Part shown: positions 54,284-62,509 of the stretch, in pieces | Layout of the letters: each line of letters begins with the position of its first letter | Position numbering within the stretch: the first letter of the stretch is position 1 | Source of the DNA: an uncultured Gemmataceae bacterium | GTDB lineage: Bacteria; Planctomycetota; Planctomycetia; Gemmatales; Gemmataceae | NCBI GenBank assembly: GCA_963750165.1 | Contig: CAVVPN010000010.1 | Span: 96,001 to 160,000 of the forward strand | Direction of reading: 5' to 3' | Length of the DNA: 64,000 nucleotides | The notes under the pieces: model-generated | What the model was told of the DNA's origin: nothing | Database searches by the model: none | Seen by the model: only the letters and a program-made list of their open reading frames with translations | Made by a program: the position numbers and the translations under genes

Positions 54284-54307
54284 GTGGCGCAGGCGTCCCG
54301 CCTGTGC
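54284..54307. repeat. Solo GTGG-type REP
   Basis: GTGGCGCAGGCGTCCCGCCTGTGC, same architecture as 59619. Confidence 0.55.
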
Positions 54308-54323
54308 TTCTCCCCACGGCCGG

Positions 54324-54824
54324 TTAGCCGGTCACGCCATTCAGCGCCCCACTGAGGAGCAAATACTGTGCCCGCAGACGCGCCACCAGTTGGTCGTCGA
54401 TCGGCCGGAGTTTCGGGTCGCGGTCGGCCAGGTTATAGCGAGCGACGGTCAGTTTCGCGGACACCGTGGCAACACCATCCTGTTCGCCCTTGCCCTTGAG
54501 CACGACCAGCGGTTGATCCGGCCCTGCGGGGGGCTCGGCAATCTCGACGGTCAACAGCAGCCGTCGCCCCGGCTCCATGAGGTTGGCGAACTTCACATTG
54601 CGCGCCTTGCGCAGGACAATGACGCTATGCCGGTAGTCGTCGCTCAGGCGGAGCAACCAGGCTCCGGCCTCAACGAGCGTCTGGAGCATGAGGACACCGG
54701 GCATGACCGGGAACGTCGGAAAGTGGTCCGCCAGATACTCCTCGCCCAGGGTCAGCGCCTTGACCATTCGTATCTGGCGACCGGGGTCAAGCCCAAGGAG
54801 CCGATCCACCAGCTGATAGCGCAT
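54324..54824 (-). CDS. FabZ-like dehydratase homolog with Glu->Gln at the catalytic position
   Basis: MRYQLVDR, EEYLADHFPTFPVMPGVLMLQTL. Confidence 0.85.
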   Translation of the reverse strand: MRYQLVDRLLGLDPGRQIRMVKALTLGEEYLADHFPTFPVMPGVLMLQTLVEAGAWLLRLSDDYRHSVIVLRKARNVKFANLMEPGRRLLLTVEIAEPPAGPDQPLVVLKGKGEQDGVATVSAKLTVARYNLADRDPKLRPIDDQLVARLRAQYLLLSGALNGVTG

Positions 54825-55210
54825 TTGTCGATCTCGGTGCCTAACTATGCATCTGCCAACCACTTTGAGCGGTGGCATAAAAAGGGAAGTATAGCGGCCC
54901 CCCCCCCCACCGGCAACCCCGAATGCGCCTTCGTAGTCAGCACAATCGTCAAGGTCGCTAGTTCCATCCCGGTCATCCCTTGCGGCAAACGCGACGCCAG
55001 GGCGCGGTTTGAAACATTTCACGTTTCTATTATTTCCCCGGCGGTGAAGGTTTCGCAATGGGGAATAAATGCAAAGGCTCGGCAAACTGCGGAATGGGGT
55101 TAGTTTAGACATTTTGGCTGGTTTGTTCAAGAGATTCGCTTTGTGTCGTAGGTGCCACTTTCTCCGGTTGGTCCTGGAGCAAGGGTGCCGAATCTCGACG
55201 TATGAAAAAG

Positions 55211-55240
55211 TTGGCCCCCTTGGCCCCCTTGGCCCCCTTG
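55211..55240. repeat. 9-bp tandem repeat (TTGGCCCCC x3)
   Basis: Read directly from the divergent intergenic region. Confidence 0.8.
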
Positions 55241-55349
55241 CTGTGGCAATCGCCGCCGTTTGGTGTCGCGCCTTGCCAACGGCGCAGCAATGTTTAAAAT
55301 GACGGTTTTGCCGGTTGGGCAATCGGCTCGATCATCCGAGGAGGAACGC

Positions 55350-55436
55350 ATGGGCAGTCGTCGTCGTGGTACGGGTCGGCGCAAGGTGGGGCGCAAGAAA
55401 CGGCGGATGCGGGCCAAGATCCGCCACCGCAAGTAA
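55350..55436 (+). CDS. 28-aa Arg/Lys-rich protein, bS22/AURKAIP1-COX24-like small ribosomal protein candidate
   Basis: GAGGAGGA RBS; MGSRRRGTGRRKVGRKKRRMRAKIRHRK*; too short for the ORF track. Confidence 0.7.
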   Translation: MGSRRRGTGRRKVGRKKRRMRAKIRHRK

Positions 55437-55464
55437 CCGCGTGGCAACTTTCTAGCCACCCAAG

Positions 55465-56208
55465 TCACATGGTCCGGCCGCCGTCCACGACGATCACCTG
55501 ACCGGTGATAAGCGTGGTGCCGGCCGCCAGGAAGTAGATGGTGTCGGCGATGTCGTCGGGCGTGGCGGCGCGGCGCATGGGCGTGATGGTCAGCGAGCGC
55601 TCGACGTGCTCCCTGTGGCCGGCGAGCCAGCGGGTGAGCACTGGCCCGGGCGCGACCGCGTTGACGCGCACCTGCGGGGCAAAGGCACGGGCCAGGGATT
55701 TGGTCAGACAGTTGACCGCCGCCTTGCTGGCTGCGTAGGGGATGGAGCTGCCGTGGCCCTGCAGCCCGGCGACGCTGGTGACGTTGACGATGGCGCCGCC
55801 GCGCTGCTGCAACAGCGGCATGGCGGCGCGCGAGCAGAAGAAGGTGCCCTTCAGGTTCACCCCCAGAATCTCATCCCAGATCTCGGCCGTGAGGGCGTCG
55901 AGGTTGGTGTGGTCGATGAAGTGCGTGGTGCCGGCGTTGTTGACGAGTGCGTCGAGACCGCCCAGTTCTGTGCGGCAGCGGCGCACCAGTTCGGCGGCCA
56001 TGGCCTCATCGGCGACGCTACCCTGGCAGACGATGCCAGGCACGCCGTGCTTCTTGACCTCGGCCAGCGTCTCGTTGGCTTCTTTTTCCGAGCGCGAATA
56101 ATTGACGGCGACCGCCCAACCCTCACGGGCGAAGCGGAGGGCGGCGGCGCGGCCGATGCCGGTCGCTGAGCCGGTTACCAGGGCGACCCGCGGCGTCGGG
56201 CTGCTCAT
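55465..56208 (-). CDS. SDR family oxidoreductase
   Basis: TGSATGIG, VNNAG, YAASK; AAGGAG RBS. Confidence 0.9.
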   Translation of the reverse strand: MSSPTPRVALVTGSATGIGRAAALRFAREGWAVAVNYSRSEKEANETLAEVKKHGVPGIVCQGSVADEAMAAELVRRCRTELGGLDALVNNAGTTHFIDHTNLDALTAEIWDEILGVNLKGTFFCSRAAMPLLQQRGGAIVNVTSVAGLQGHGSSIPYAASKAAVNCLTKSLARAFAPQVRVNAVAPGPVLTRWLAGHREHVERSLTITPMRRAATPDDIADTIYFLAAGTTLITGQVIVVDGGRTM

Positions 56209-56236
56209 GGGGTTCTCCTTGGCTGAGGTTTTGATA

Positions 56237-56334
56237 TTCACCGCGGAGCACGCGGAGAGCGCAGAGGAAAGACAAGGAATTGGTCACCCATTTTTTTGTT
56301 TTCCCTCTGCGCTCTCCGCGTGCTCCGCGGTGAA
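56237..56334. repeat. 9-mer periodic palindromic element, copy 2
   Basis: TTCACCGCGGAGCACGCGGAGAGCGCAGAGG / CCTCTGCGCTCTCCGCGTGCTCCGCGGTGAA, perfect arms. Confidence 0.88.
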
Positions 56335-56365
56335 ATCCTCTTTCTTTCTACGAGGTGATGCGACC

Positions 56366-59300
56366 ATGCGAAAGGGTTGGATGGCGGCGGTGCTGCTGGC
56401 GCTGGTGCCGCAGCTGGCGGCGGCACAGGACGAGGCGCGGCTGCTGCGTTTCCCGGCGATTCACGGCGACCAGGTGGTGTTCACCTACGCGGGCGACCTG
56501 TACACGGTGCCGGCGAAGGGCGGCGTGGCGCGGCGGTTGACGAGCCATGAGGGCTTCGAGATGTTCGCCCACTTTTCGCCGGACGGCAAGACGCTGGCGT
56601 TCACCGGCCAGTACGACGGCAACACAGAGGTGTATACGATGCCGGCGGAGGGCGGCGTGCCCAAACGGCTGACCTACACCGCGACGCTCGGCCGCGACGA
56701 CGTGTCCGACCGCATGGGGCCGAACAACATCGTCATGGGCTGGACGCCGGACGGCAAACACATCATCTTTCGCTCGCGCATGAAGGAGCCGAACGACTTC
56801 ATCGGTCAGCTGTTCCTGGTGCCGGCCAAGGGCGGGTTGCCGCAGCAATTGCCGCTGCCGCGTGGCGGCTTTTGCTCGTACTCGCCGGACGGCAAGCGGC
56901 TGGCGTACAACCGCATTTTTCGCGAGTTTCGCACCTGGAAGCGCTACCGCGGCGGCATGGCCGACAACATCTGGATTTATGACTTCGACAGGAAGACTAC
57001 CACCAACATCACGAACAATGAAGCGTGCGACACCTTTCCGATGTGGCACGGCAACAAGATTTACTTCCTCTCCGACCGCGACGCGAATCAGCGTTTCAAC
57101 CTGTACTCGTATGACCTCGGCAGCAAGGCGACCAAACAGCTGACGCACTTCAAGGACTTCGACATTAAATACCCATCGCTGGGCGACAAGGCAATTGTGT
57201 TTGAAAACGCCGGGTACATCTATCGCTTCGACCTGGAGAAGCAAAAGGAAGCGAAGGTGCCGGTGCGCATTCTGGAGGACTTCGCGGCGGCCCGCGGCGG
57301 GTTCAAGGACGTGAGCAAGAACGTCGCCAGTTACGAGATTTCGCCGGACGGCAAGCGGGCGTTGTTCAGCGCCCGCGGCGACCTGTTCACGGTGCCGGCC
57401 AAGACCGGTCAGACGCGCAATTTGACGAACACTCCGGGCGTTCACGACCGCAACCCGAAATGGTCGCCGGATGGCAAGCACATCGCCTTCGTCTCGGACG
57501 CCAGCGGCGAGGACGAGATTTACCTCATCACGCCGGACGGCAAGGGCAAGCCGCAGCAGCTTACCAACGAGGGCGATACCTACAAGTATGAGATTGCGTG
57601 GTCGCCGGACGGCAAGAAGATCGCCTGGGCCGACAAGAAACTGCGGCTGAAATACGTGGACGTGCAGACCAAGGTGGTCACACAGGCGGACCAGGCGAAA
57701 GCGTGGGAGATTCATCAATACGTCTGGTCGCCGGACAGCAAATGGATTGCGTACAGCAAGCCGGAGCGCACGAGCCAGCAGCAGATTCACCTGTACTCGG
57801 TGGAGCAGAACAAGACGTTCCCGGCGACAGACCGCATGTTCTACGCCGGCGACCCGGCGTTCAGCAGCGACGGCAAATATTTGTACTTCATCTCCAGCCG
57901 CGACTTCAGCCCCACCTTCAGCCGCGTCGAGTGGAACTACGCCTACACCGAGATGGCCCGCGTGTACCTGATGACGTTGGCGAAGGACACACCGAACCCG
58001 CTGGCACCGAAGGACGATGAGGCGGCCACGGAGGCCAAGGAAAAGAAGGACAGCAAGGACGACAAGAAAAAGCCGGCAGCGGTGGCGGTCAAGATCGACG
58101 TGGACGGTTTGCAGGACCGCGTGTTGCAGTTGCCAGTGCCGGTGGCGAATTACACCGCCCTCCAGACGGCCGGCAGCAATGCGTATTATTTACGCTGGAC
58201 CGGCAAGGAGAAGCCGGCTCTGTACGTCTTCGACCTGGCGGCGAAGAAGGAGACGTCGCTCGGGGCTGTGGGCGGCTATGAGATTTCTGCCGACCACAAG
58301 AAGATGTTGATTTCCAGGGACAAGAACTATTACATCATTGACCTGCCGAAAGCCTCGATCACCGTCGGCGAACCGCTGAACCTGTCCGGCCTGCAAGTGC
58401 AGCTGGATCGGCAACAGGAGTGGCAGCAAATCTTCCGCGAATCCTGGCGGCAGATGCGTGACTTCTTCTACGCTCCGAACATGCACGGCGTGGACTGGGT
58501 GGCGGTGCGCAAGCAATACGAACCACTGGTCAAGCACGTCAACCACCGCGCCGACCTGACGTATGTCATCGGTGAGATGATCAGCGAATTGGATTGCAGT
58601 CACGCTTACGTCGGCGGCGGCGACTACCCGAAACCGCAGCGCATTCCCCTCGGTCTGCTCGGCGCCGAGTTCAAGCAGGATCCGAAAACCAAATATTATC
58701 GAATCACCAGGATTTTGAAAGGCGCCAACTGGGACAAGAACCTGCGGTCGCCGCTGACGGAGATCGGCGTCAATGTGAACGAAGGCGATTACGTACTCGC
58801 CCTCAACGGCAAGCCGGCCAACGAACTGGTGAACATTTACGAGGCGCTGGTCAACACCGCCGGCAAGCCGGTAACACTCAAGGTCAGCAAAATGCCCGCC
58901 GAGCAGGGCAGCCGCGAGGTAACGGTGACGCCGATCAGCGACGAGCACCCGCTGTATTATTACAACTGGGTGCAGGACAATATCAAAAAGGTGAGCGAGG
59001 CCACCAAGGGCGAGGTCGGTTACATCCACATCCCGGACATGCAAGCGACGGGCCTGAACGAGTTCGTCAAGCACTTCTATCCGCAGATGCGCAAGAAGGC
59101 GCTAATCCTCGACCTGCGCGGCAACGGCGGCGGCAACGTGTCGCCGCAGATCGTCGAGCGACTGCGGCGCGAGATCGCGCTGGTGAACGTGGCCCGCAAC
59201 GCCGCCCCGACGCCGAACCCGGGCGACCTGCACCTGGGGCCGAAGGTGTGCTTGCTCAACGAATTTTCCGCGTCGGACGGCGATCTGTTCCCGTACCGCT

Positions 59301-59608
59301 TCAAGAAGTACAAACTCGGCAAGCTGATCGGCAAGCGCAGCTGGGGCGGCATCGTCGGCATCCGCGGCTCGCTGCCGTTCCTGGACGGCGGCACGCTCAA
59401 CAAGCCGGAGTCCGCATCCTACAGCACTGACGGCCGGTGGGTCATCGAGAATCACGGCGTGGACCCGGACATTGTGGTCGATAACGACCCGGCCCGCGAG
59501 TTCGCCGGGACGGACGACCAGCTCAACCGGGCCATCGCGGTGATCCTGGAGGAGTTGCGGAACAACCCGAATCCGCTGCCGCCGGTGCCGCCTTATCCGA
59601 AGCGCTGA
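56366..59608 (+). CDS. Tricorn protease homolog (S41 peptidase, PD40 propellers, PDZ)
   Basis: LLRFPAI, WKRYRGG, SHAY, DLRGNGGG, SASDGD (catalytic Ser), SWGG, IENHGVDPD. Confidence 0.95.
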   Translation: MRKGWMAAVLLALVPQLAAAQDEARLLRFPAIHGDQVVFTYAGDLYTVPAKGGVARRLTSHEGFEMFAHFSPDGKTLAFTGQYDGNTEVYTMPAEGGVPKRLTYTATLGRDDVSDRMGPNNIVMGWTPDGKHIIFRSRMKEPNDFIGQLFLVPAKGGLPQQLPLPRGGFCSYSPDGKRLAYNRIFREFRTWKRYRGGMADNIWIYDFDRKTTTNITNNEACDTFPMWHGNKIYFLSDRDANQRFNLYSYDLGSKATKQLTHFKDFDIKYPSLGDKAIVFENAGYIYRFDLEKQKEAKVPVRILEDFAAARGGFKDVSKNVASYEISPDGKRALFSARGDLFTVPAKTGQTRNLTNTPGVHDRNPKWSPDGKHIAFVSDASGEDEIYLITPDGKGKPQQLTNEGDTYKYEIAWSPDGKKIAWADKKLRLKYVDVQTKVVTQADQAKAWEIHQYVWSPDSKWIAYSKPERTSQQQIHLYSVEQNKTFPATDRMFYAGDPAFSSDGKYLYFISSRDFSPTFSRVEWNYAYTEMARVYLMTLAKDTPNPLAPKDDEAATEAKEKKDSKDDKKKPAAVAVKIDVDGLQDRVLQLPVPVANYTALQTAGSNAYYLRWTGKEKPALYVFDLAAKKETSLGAVGGYEISADHKKMLISRDKNYYIIDLPKASITVGEPLNLSGLQVQLDRQQEWQQIFRESWRQMRDFFYAPNMHGVDWVAVRKQYEPLVKHVNHRADLTYVIGEMISELDCSHAYVGGGDYPKPQRIPLGLLGAEFKQDPKTKYYRITRILKGANWDKNLRSPLTEIGVNVNEGDYVLALNGKPANELVNIYEALVNTAGKPVTLKVSKMPAEQGSREVTVTPISDEHPLYYYNWVQDNIKKVSEATKGEVGYIHIPDMQATGLNEFVKHFYPQMRKKALILDLRGNGGGNVSPQIVERLRREIALVNVARNAAPTPNPGDLHLGPKVCLLNEFSASDGDLFPYRFKKYKLGKLIGKRSWGGIVGIRGSLPFLDGGTLNKPESASYSTDGRWVIENHGVDPDIVVDNDPAREFAGTDDQLNRAIAVILEELRNNPNPLPPVPPYPKR

Positions 59609-59618
59609 GCGGCCTGAC

Positions 59619-59675
59619 CGTGGGACAGGCTTCCAGCCTGTCAGCAGGAATGACAGGCTGGAAGCCTGTCCCACG
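59619..59675. repeat. GTGG-type REP doublet
   Basis: CGTGGGACAGGCTTCCAGCCTGTCA / TGACAGGCTGGAAGCCTGTCCCACG, perfect 25-bp arms. Confidence 0.88.
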
Positions 59676-59701
59676 TCAGCGTGTCGCACAGAGGATTCAT
59701 C

Positions 59702-60736
59702 ATGCAACCGCCGGAGCATTCGCCGCGCGATTTGACGGACCGCGTCTTCCGCAAGACGCTGGAGAACGTCGAAAACCTGGCAGAGTTCTTGCAGGAAGCG
59801 TTACCTCAGCACGCCGCCGCCTTCGATTGCGCCAAGGCCCGGTTGCTGACCCGTGAGTTCGTGTCCGGCGACTGGCGCAGCCGCGAAGCGGACCTTCTCT
59901 TCGAGATTCCTTACCGCACTGCCGGCGGCACGGGCACAGCCCTGGTGTGCTTGCTGATCGAGCACCAGACGCGCACCGACCCGCTGATGCCGTTCCGCAC
60001 GCTGCACCTGATGGTGTCCTTCTGGGACCGGCAGTGGCGTGACTGGCATCAGGCGCCCGGGCCGGGGACGGAACTGCGGCTCATGCCGGTGATTCCCATC
60101 GTGCTGTACACCAAACCGACGCCGTGGGGCAGCGCACGGCGACTGACCGACCTGCTCGCCGAGCCGGCCGCCTTTCACCCTTTCGCCCCGCAATTCGAGC
60201 CGCTATTCTGGAACCTGTCGGAGCACACGCCGGACGAACTGTTGGGCCGTGGCGGCGGCTGGCGTAACCTGCTCGCGGTCGTCCGTGCCGTGAAGGCGAC
60301 CCCGGCCGAGTTCCGCCGTGTCGTCGCTGAAGCAGTGCGCCACCTGGGCGGTATCCTGGAGAAGGACCGGCCCCGCTGGCAGGAGTTGGTTGAGGCGCTG
60401 CTCATCTGGTCGTATGCCAACCGCAAGGAAGCGGAATACCCCGCCCTGCAGGCGGAGGCCGCGGCGCAACTGAGCGATACCCTTCACAGACAGGAGTTTC
60501 TCAAGATGTCCGTGCAAACTGGCGAAACGATTTACGGTCGCGGGGTGCGGGAAGGCCGCGCCGAGGGGCAGCTGCTGTCCCTGCGCGACGTGTTGCAGGA
60601 ACTACTGGCCAAGCGGTTCGGCGCACTGTCGGAGGCGGTGAAGCAGCGGATCGACACTGCGACGGACCCGGACCGCCTCCGTCGCGCGGTGGTCGATGCG
60701 GATCAGCTGAAATCCCTCGACGAACTGGTGCTGTGA
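59702..60736 (+). CDS. Rpn/YhgA-like PD-(D/E)XK nuclease (recombination-promoting nuclease/putative transposase)
   Basis: DRVFRK, EADLLF, LIEHQT..DPLMPFR, PVIPIVLY; C-terminal EGRAEG...RFG helical domain. Confidence 0.9.
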   Translation: MQPPEHSPRDLTDRVFRKTLENVENLAEFLQEALPQHAAAFDCAKARLLTREFVSGDWRSREADLLFEIPYRTAGGTGTALVCLLIEHQTRTDPLMPFRTLHLMVSFWDRQWRDWHQAPGPGTELRLMPVIPIVLYTKPTPWGSARRLTDLLAEPAAFHPFAPQFEPLFWNLSEHTPDELLGRGGGWRNLLAVVRAVKATPAEFRRVVAEAVRHLGGILEKDRPRWQELVEALLIWSYANRKEAEYPALQAEAAAQLSDTLHRQEFLKMSVQTGETIYGRGVREGRAEGQLLSLRDVLQELLAKRFGALSEAVKQRIDTATDPDRLRRAVVDADQLKSLDELVL

Positions 60737-60746
60737 GGGCGTGCCC

Positions 60747-61446
60747 ATGACCGAGGTGGAATGGCTGGCTCAAACCAACCTGGAGCCGCTGCTGTATTAC
60801 CTCGGCCGTCCTCAAAAAGCAAAGCGCCTTCGGGTGAATCGGCGACGGTTACGGTTGTTCGCCTGCGCCTGTGCCAGGCGAGTATGGCCCTTATTGGAGG
60901 GCGACCCTGTGGCCCTTGAACGGGTGGAACTCGCGGAACAAGTCGGAGCAGGTTTACTCGGCAAGAAGGCACTACCCGTCGTGCCCATCGAGTTTGCAGG
61001 CCCCCCCCCTCAGGGATACAGTCAGCCGAGGAAATTGCTGGGAGATTCGGCGCGTCATCTGCTGGAACGACCCCCTTCGGGCCGCCGATCAGACGGCCCG
61101 CAGCGCGCTGCGGGCCCTGGAGCGAATCGATCCCGAACGGGGCAAGGAAGTGTCCGCCGAGCAGGTGGCCATCCTCCGTTGCATCTTCGGCAACCCCTTC
61201 CGCCGAACACCCATTGAGCCAACTTGGCTGACCTGGAACGGCGGCGCGATTCTTCAACTAGCCCAGGTGATCCTGGACGAGCGCAGGCTACCGGAAGGCC
61301 GCCTGGAAGTTGACCGCCTCGCAATCCTCGCCGACGCCCTGGAAGAAGCCGGTTGCACCGACGCCGCTATCCTCACCCACCTCCGCGGCCCCGGCCCGCA
61401 TGTCCGCGGCTGCTGGGTGCTCGACCTGCTGCTCGGCAAGGAGTGA
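60747..61446 (+). CDS. Gemmataceae-expanded family protein (often annotated SMI1/KNR4-like), frameshifted between 61001 and 61053
   Basis: MTEVEWL...RLRLFACAC and LRCIFGNPFR...LADALEEAGC...HLRGPGPHVRGCWVLDLLLGKE. Confidence 0.8.
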
Positions 61447-61550
61447 ACCCGGATAACGAGAAGCATGGGAAACGACGGTGGGAATTCATCGCTGTTTTCG
61501 GCTATAATGACTCGCTGGCGGTAAATCGCCCTTGGTGAAAGGACAGCGCC

Positions 61551-61964
61551 ATGAACTTTCCAGGCAACGTCATCAACGGAACCATCGTCCTCGATCCCCC
61601 GGCCGTCCTGGCGGACGGCACCCGCGTTGAGGTCGTGGTCCGGGAACCGGGCCAGTCCGAAGATACGCAACTTCGGCGGCGGTTTCAGCAGCTCGTTCAC
61701 GCATGGAAAGACGCCAAGGTCTTCATCTCGTCCGGGACCGAAATCGCGCTGAACCCGGCGTATCAACAAATCATTGGCATGGGTAAGGAAGCGCTGCCCC
61801 TGATCCTGGAAGAACTCCAGTGCGAGCCAGACCATTGGTTCTGGGCGCTCAAGGCCATCACGGGAGAGGATCCAGTAGCCTCGGGCGACCGCGGCAACCT
61901 GCCGAAGATGACTGAGGCCTGGTTGGGCTGGGCACGGACGCACGGGTATCTGCCATGTCCTTGA
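61551..61964 (+). CDS. Putative antitoxin: DUF104/AbrB-like N-terminus plus helical C-domain
   Basis: GNVINGTIVLDPP..L.DGTRVEV; PAYQQIIGMG..ALPLIL.EL....DHWFWAL..ITG; TATAAT at 61504 and AAGGA RBS. Confidence 0.65.
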   Translation: MNFPGNVINGTIVLDPPAVLADGTRVEVVVREPGQSEDTQLRRRFQQLVHAWKDAKVFISSGTEIALNPAYQQIIGMGKEALPLILEELQCEPDHWFWALKAITGEDPVASGDRGNLPKMTEAWLGWARTHGYLPCP

Positions 61965-62395
61965 ACCTCGTCTTCCCTTACCTCGCCGAGGAAGGCTATA
62001 CAGAGACCAGCCCGGCCACCAAGCAATACAACTGCATCGCCTGGGCGGCGGGACGAACGGACGCCTGGTGGTGGCCCGACGCCATGTCGGTCCATTACTG
62101 GCCGGAAGCAGTAGCTCGAGAGGAGAGCCTGGAGGCATTCGTTCAAGCGTTCGCTTTGCTGGGGTTCACCGTCGCCGCGGACGGTCTGCACGAGCTTGGC
62201 TTTGAAAGAGTGGCCCTGTACACACGAGACGGGAAGCCCACGCATGCCGCTCGCCAACAAATCGATGCCACCTGGACCAGCAAGCTCGGCGAATGGCTGG
62301 ACGTTAGCCACACCCTGCGGGGACTCGAAGGGCCGGTGTACGGGCAGGTAACGGCCTATTTGAAACGGCCCCTTGCCTCTCCCGCTGCGACGTAA
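61955..62395 (+). CDS. Small protein with papain-like Cys/His signature (DUF7689-like)
   Basis: YNCIAWA, PTHAAR, WTSKLG, YG; overlaps the upstream gene by 10 nt. Confidence 0.7.
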   Translation: MSLNLVFPYLAEEGYTETSPATKQYNCIAWAAGRTDAWWWPDAMSVHYWPEAVAREESLEAFVQAFALLGFTVAADGLHELGFERVALYTRDGKPTHAARQQIDATWTSKLGEWLDVSHTLRGLEGPVYGQVTAYLKRPLASPAAT

Positions 62396-62509
62396 CCGCA
62401 TCACGCTGTCTCGCAATCACTGTTTAAGGTTGAGCCACCTGGCGTCCCGCTTCGTTTCCCTGCGTGCGTAGAATGGAGTATCCGCCCCGCAATCCCCGAA
62501 GGACGCACT

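Noticed and set aside
46643..54824. Ladderane or aryl-polyene cluster call
   Set aside because: No radical SAM/desaturase genes (ladderane) and no aryl-loading ligase or typical Ape accessory genes; only the general KS/CLF/DH layout is shared
55065..55110. c-di-GMP-I riboswitch-like GCAAA/GGCAAAC words
   Set aside because: Motif order is wrong and I could not build the P1/P2 stems
59702..60736. IS element call for the 'putative transposase'
   Set aside because: No terminal inverted repeats or target duplication flank the gene; Rpn proteins are not shown to be true transposases
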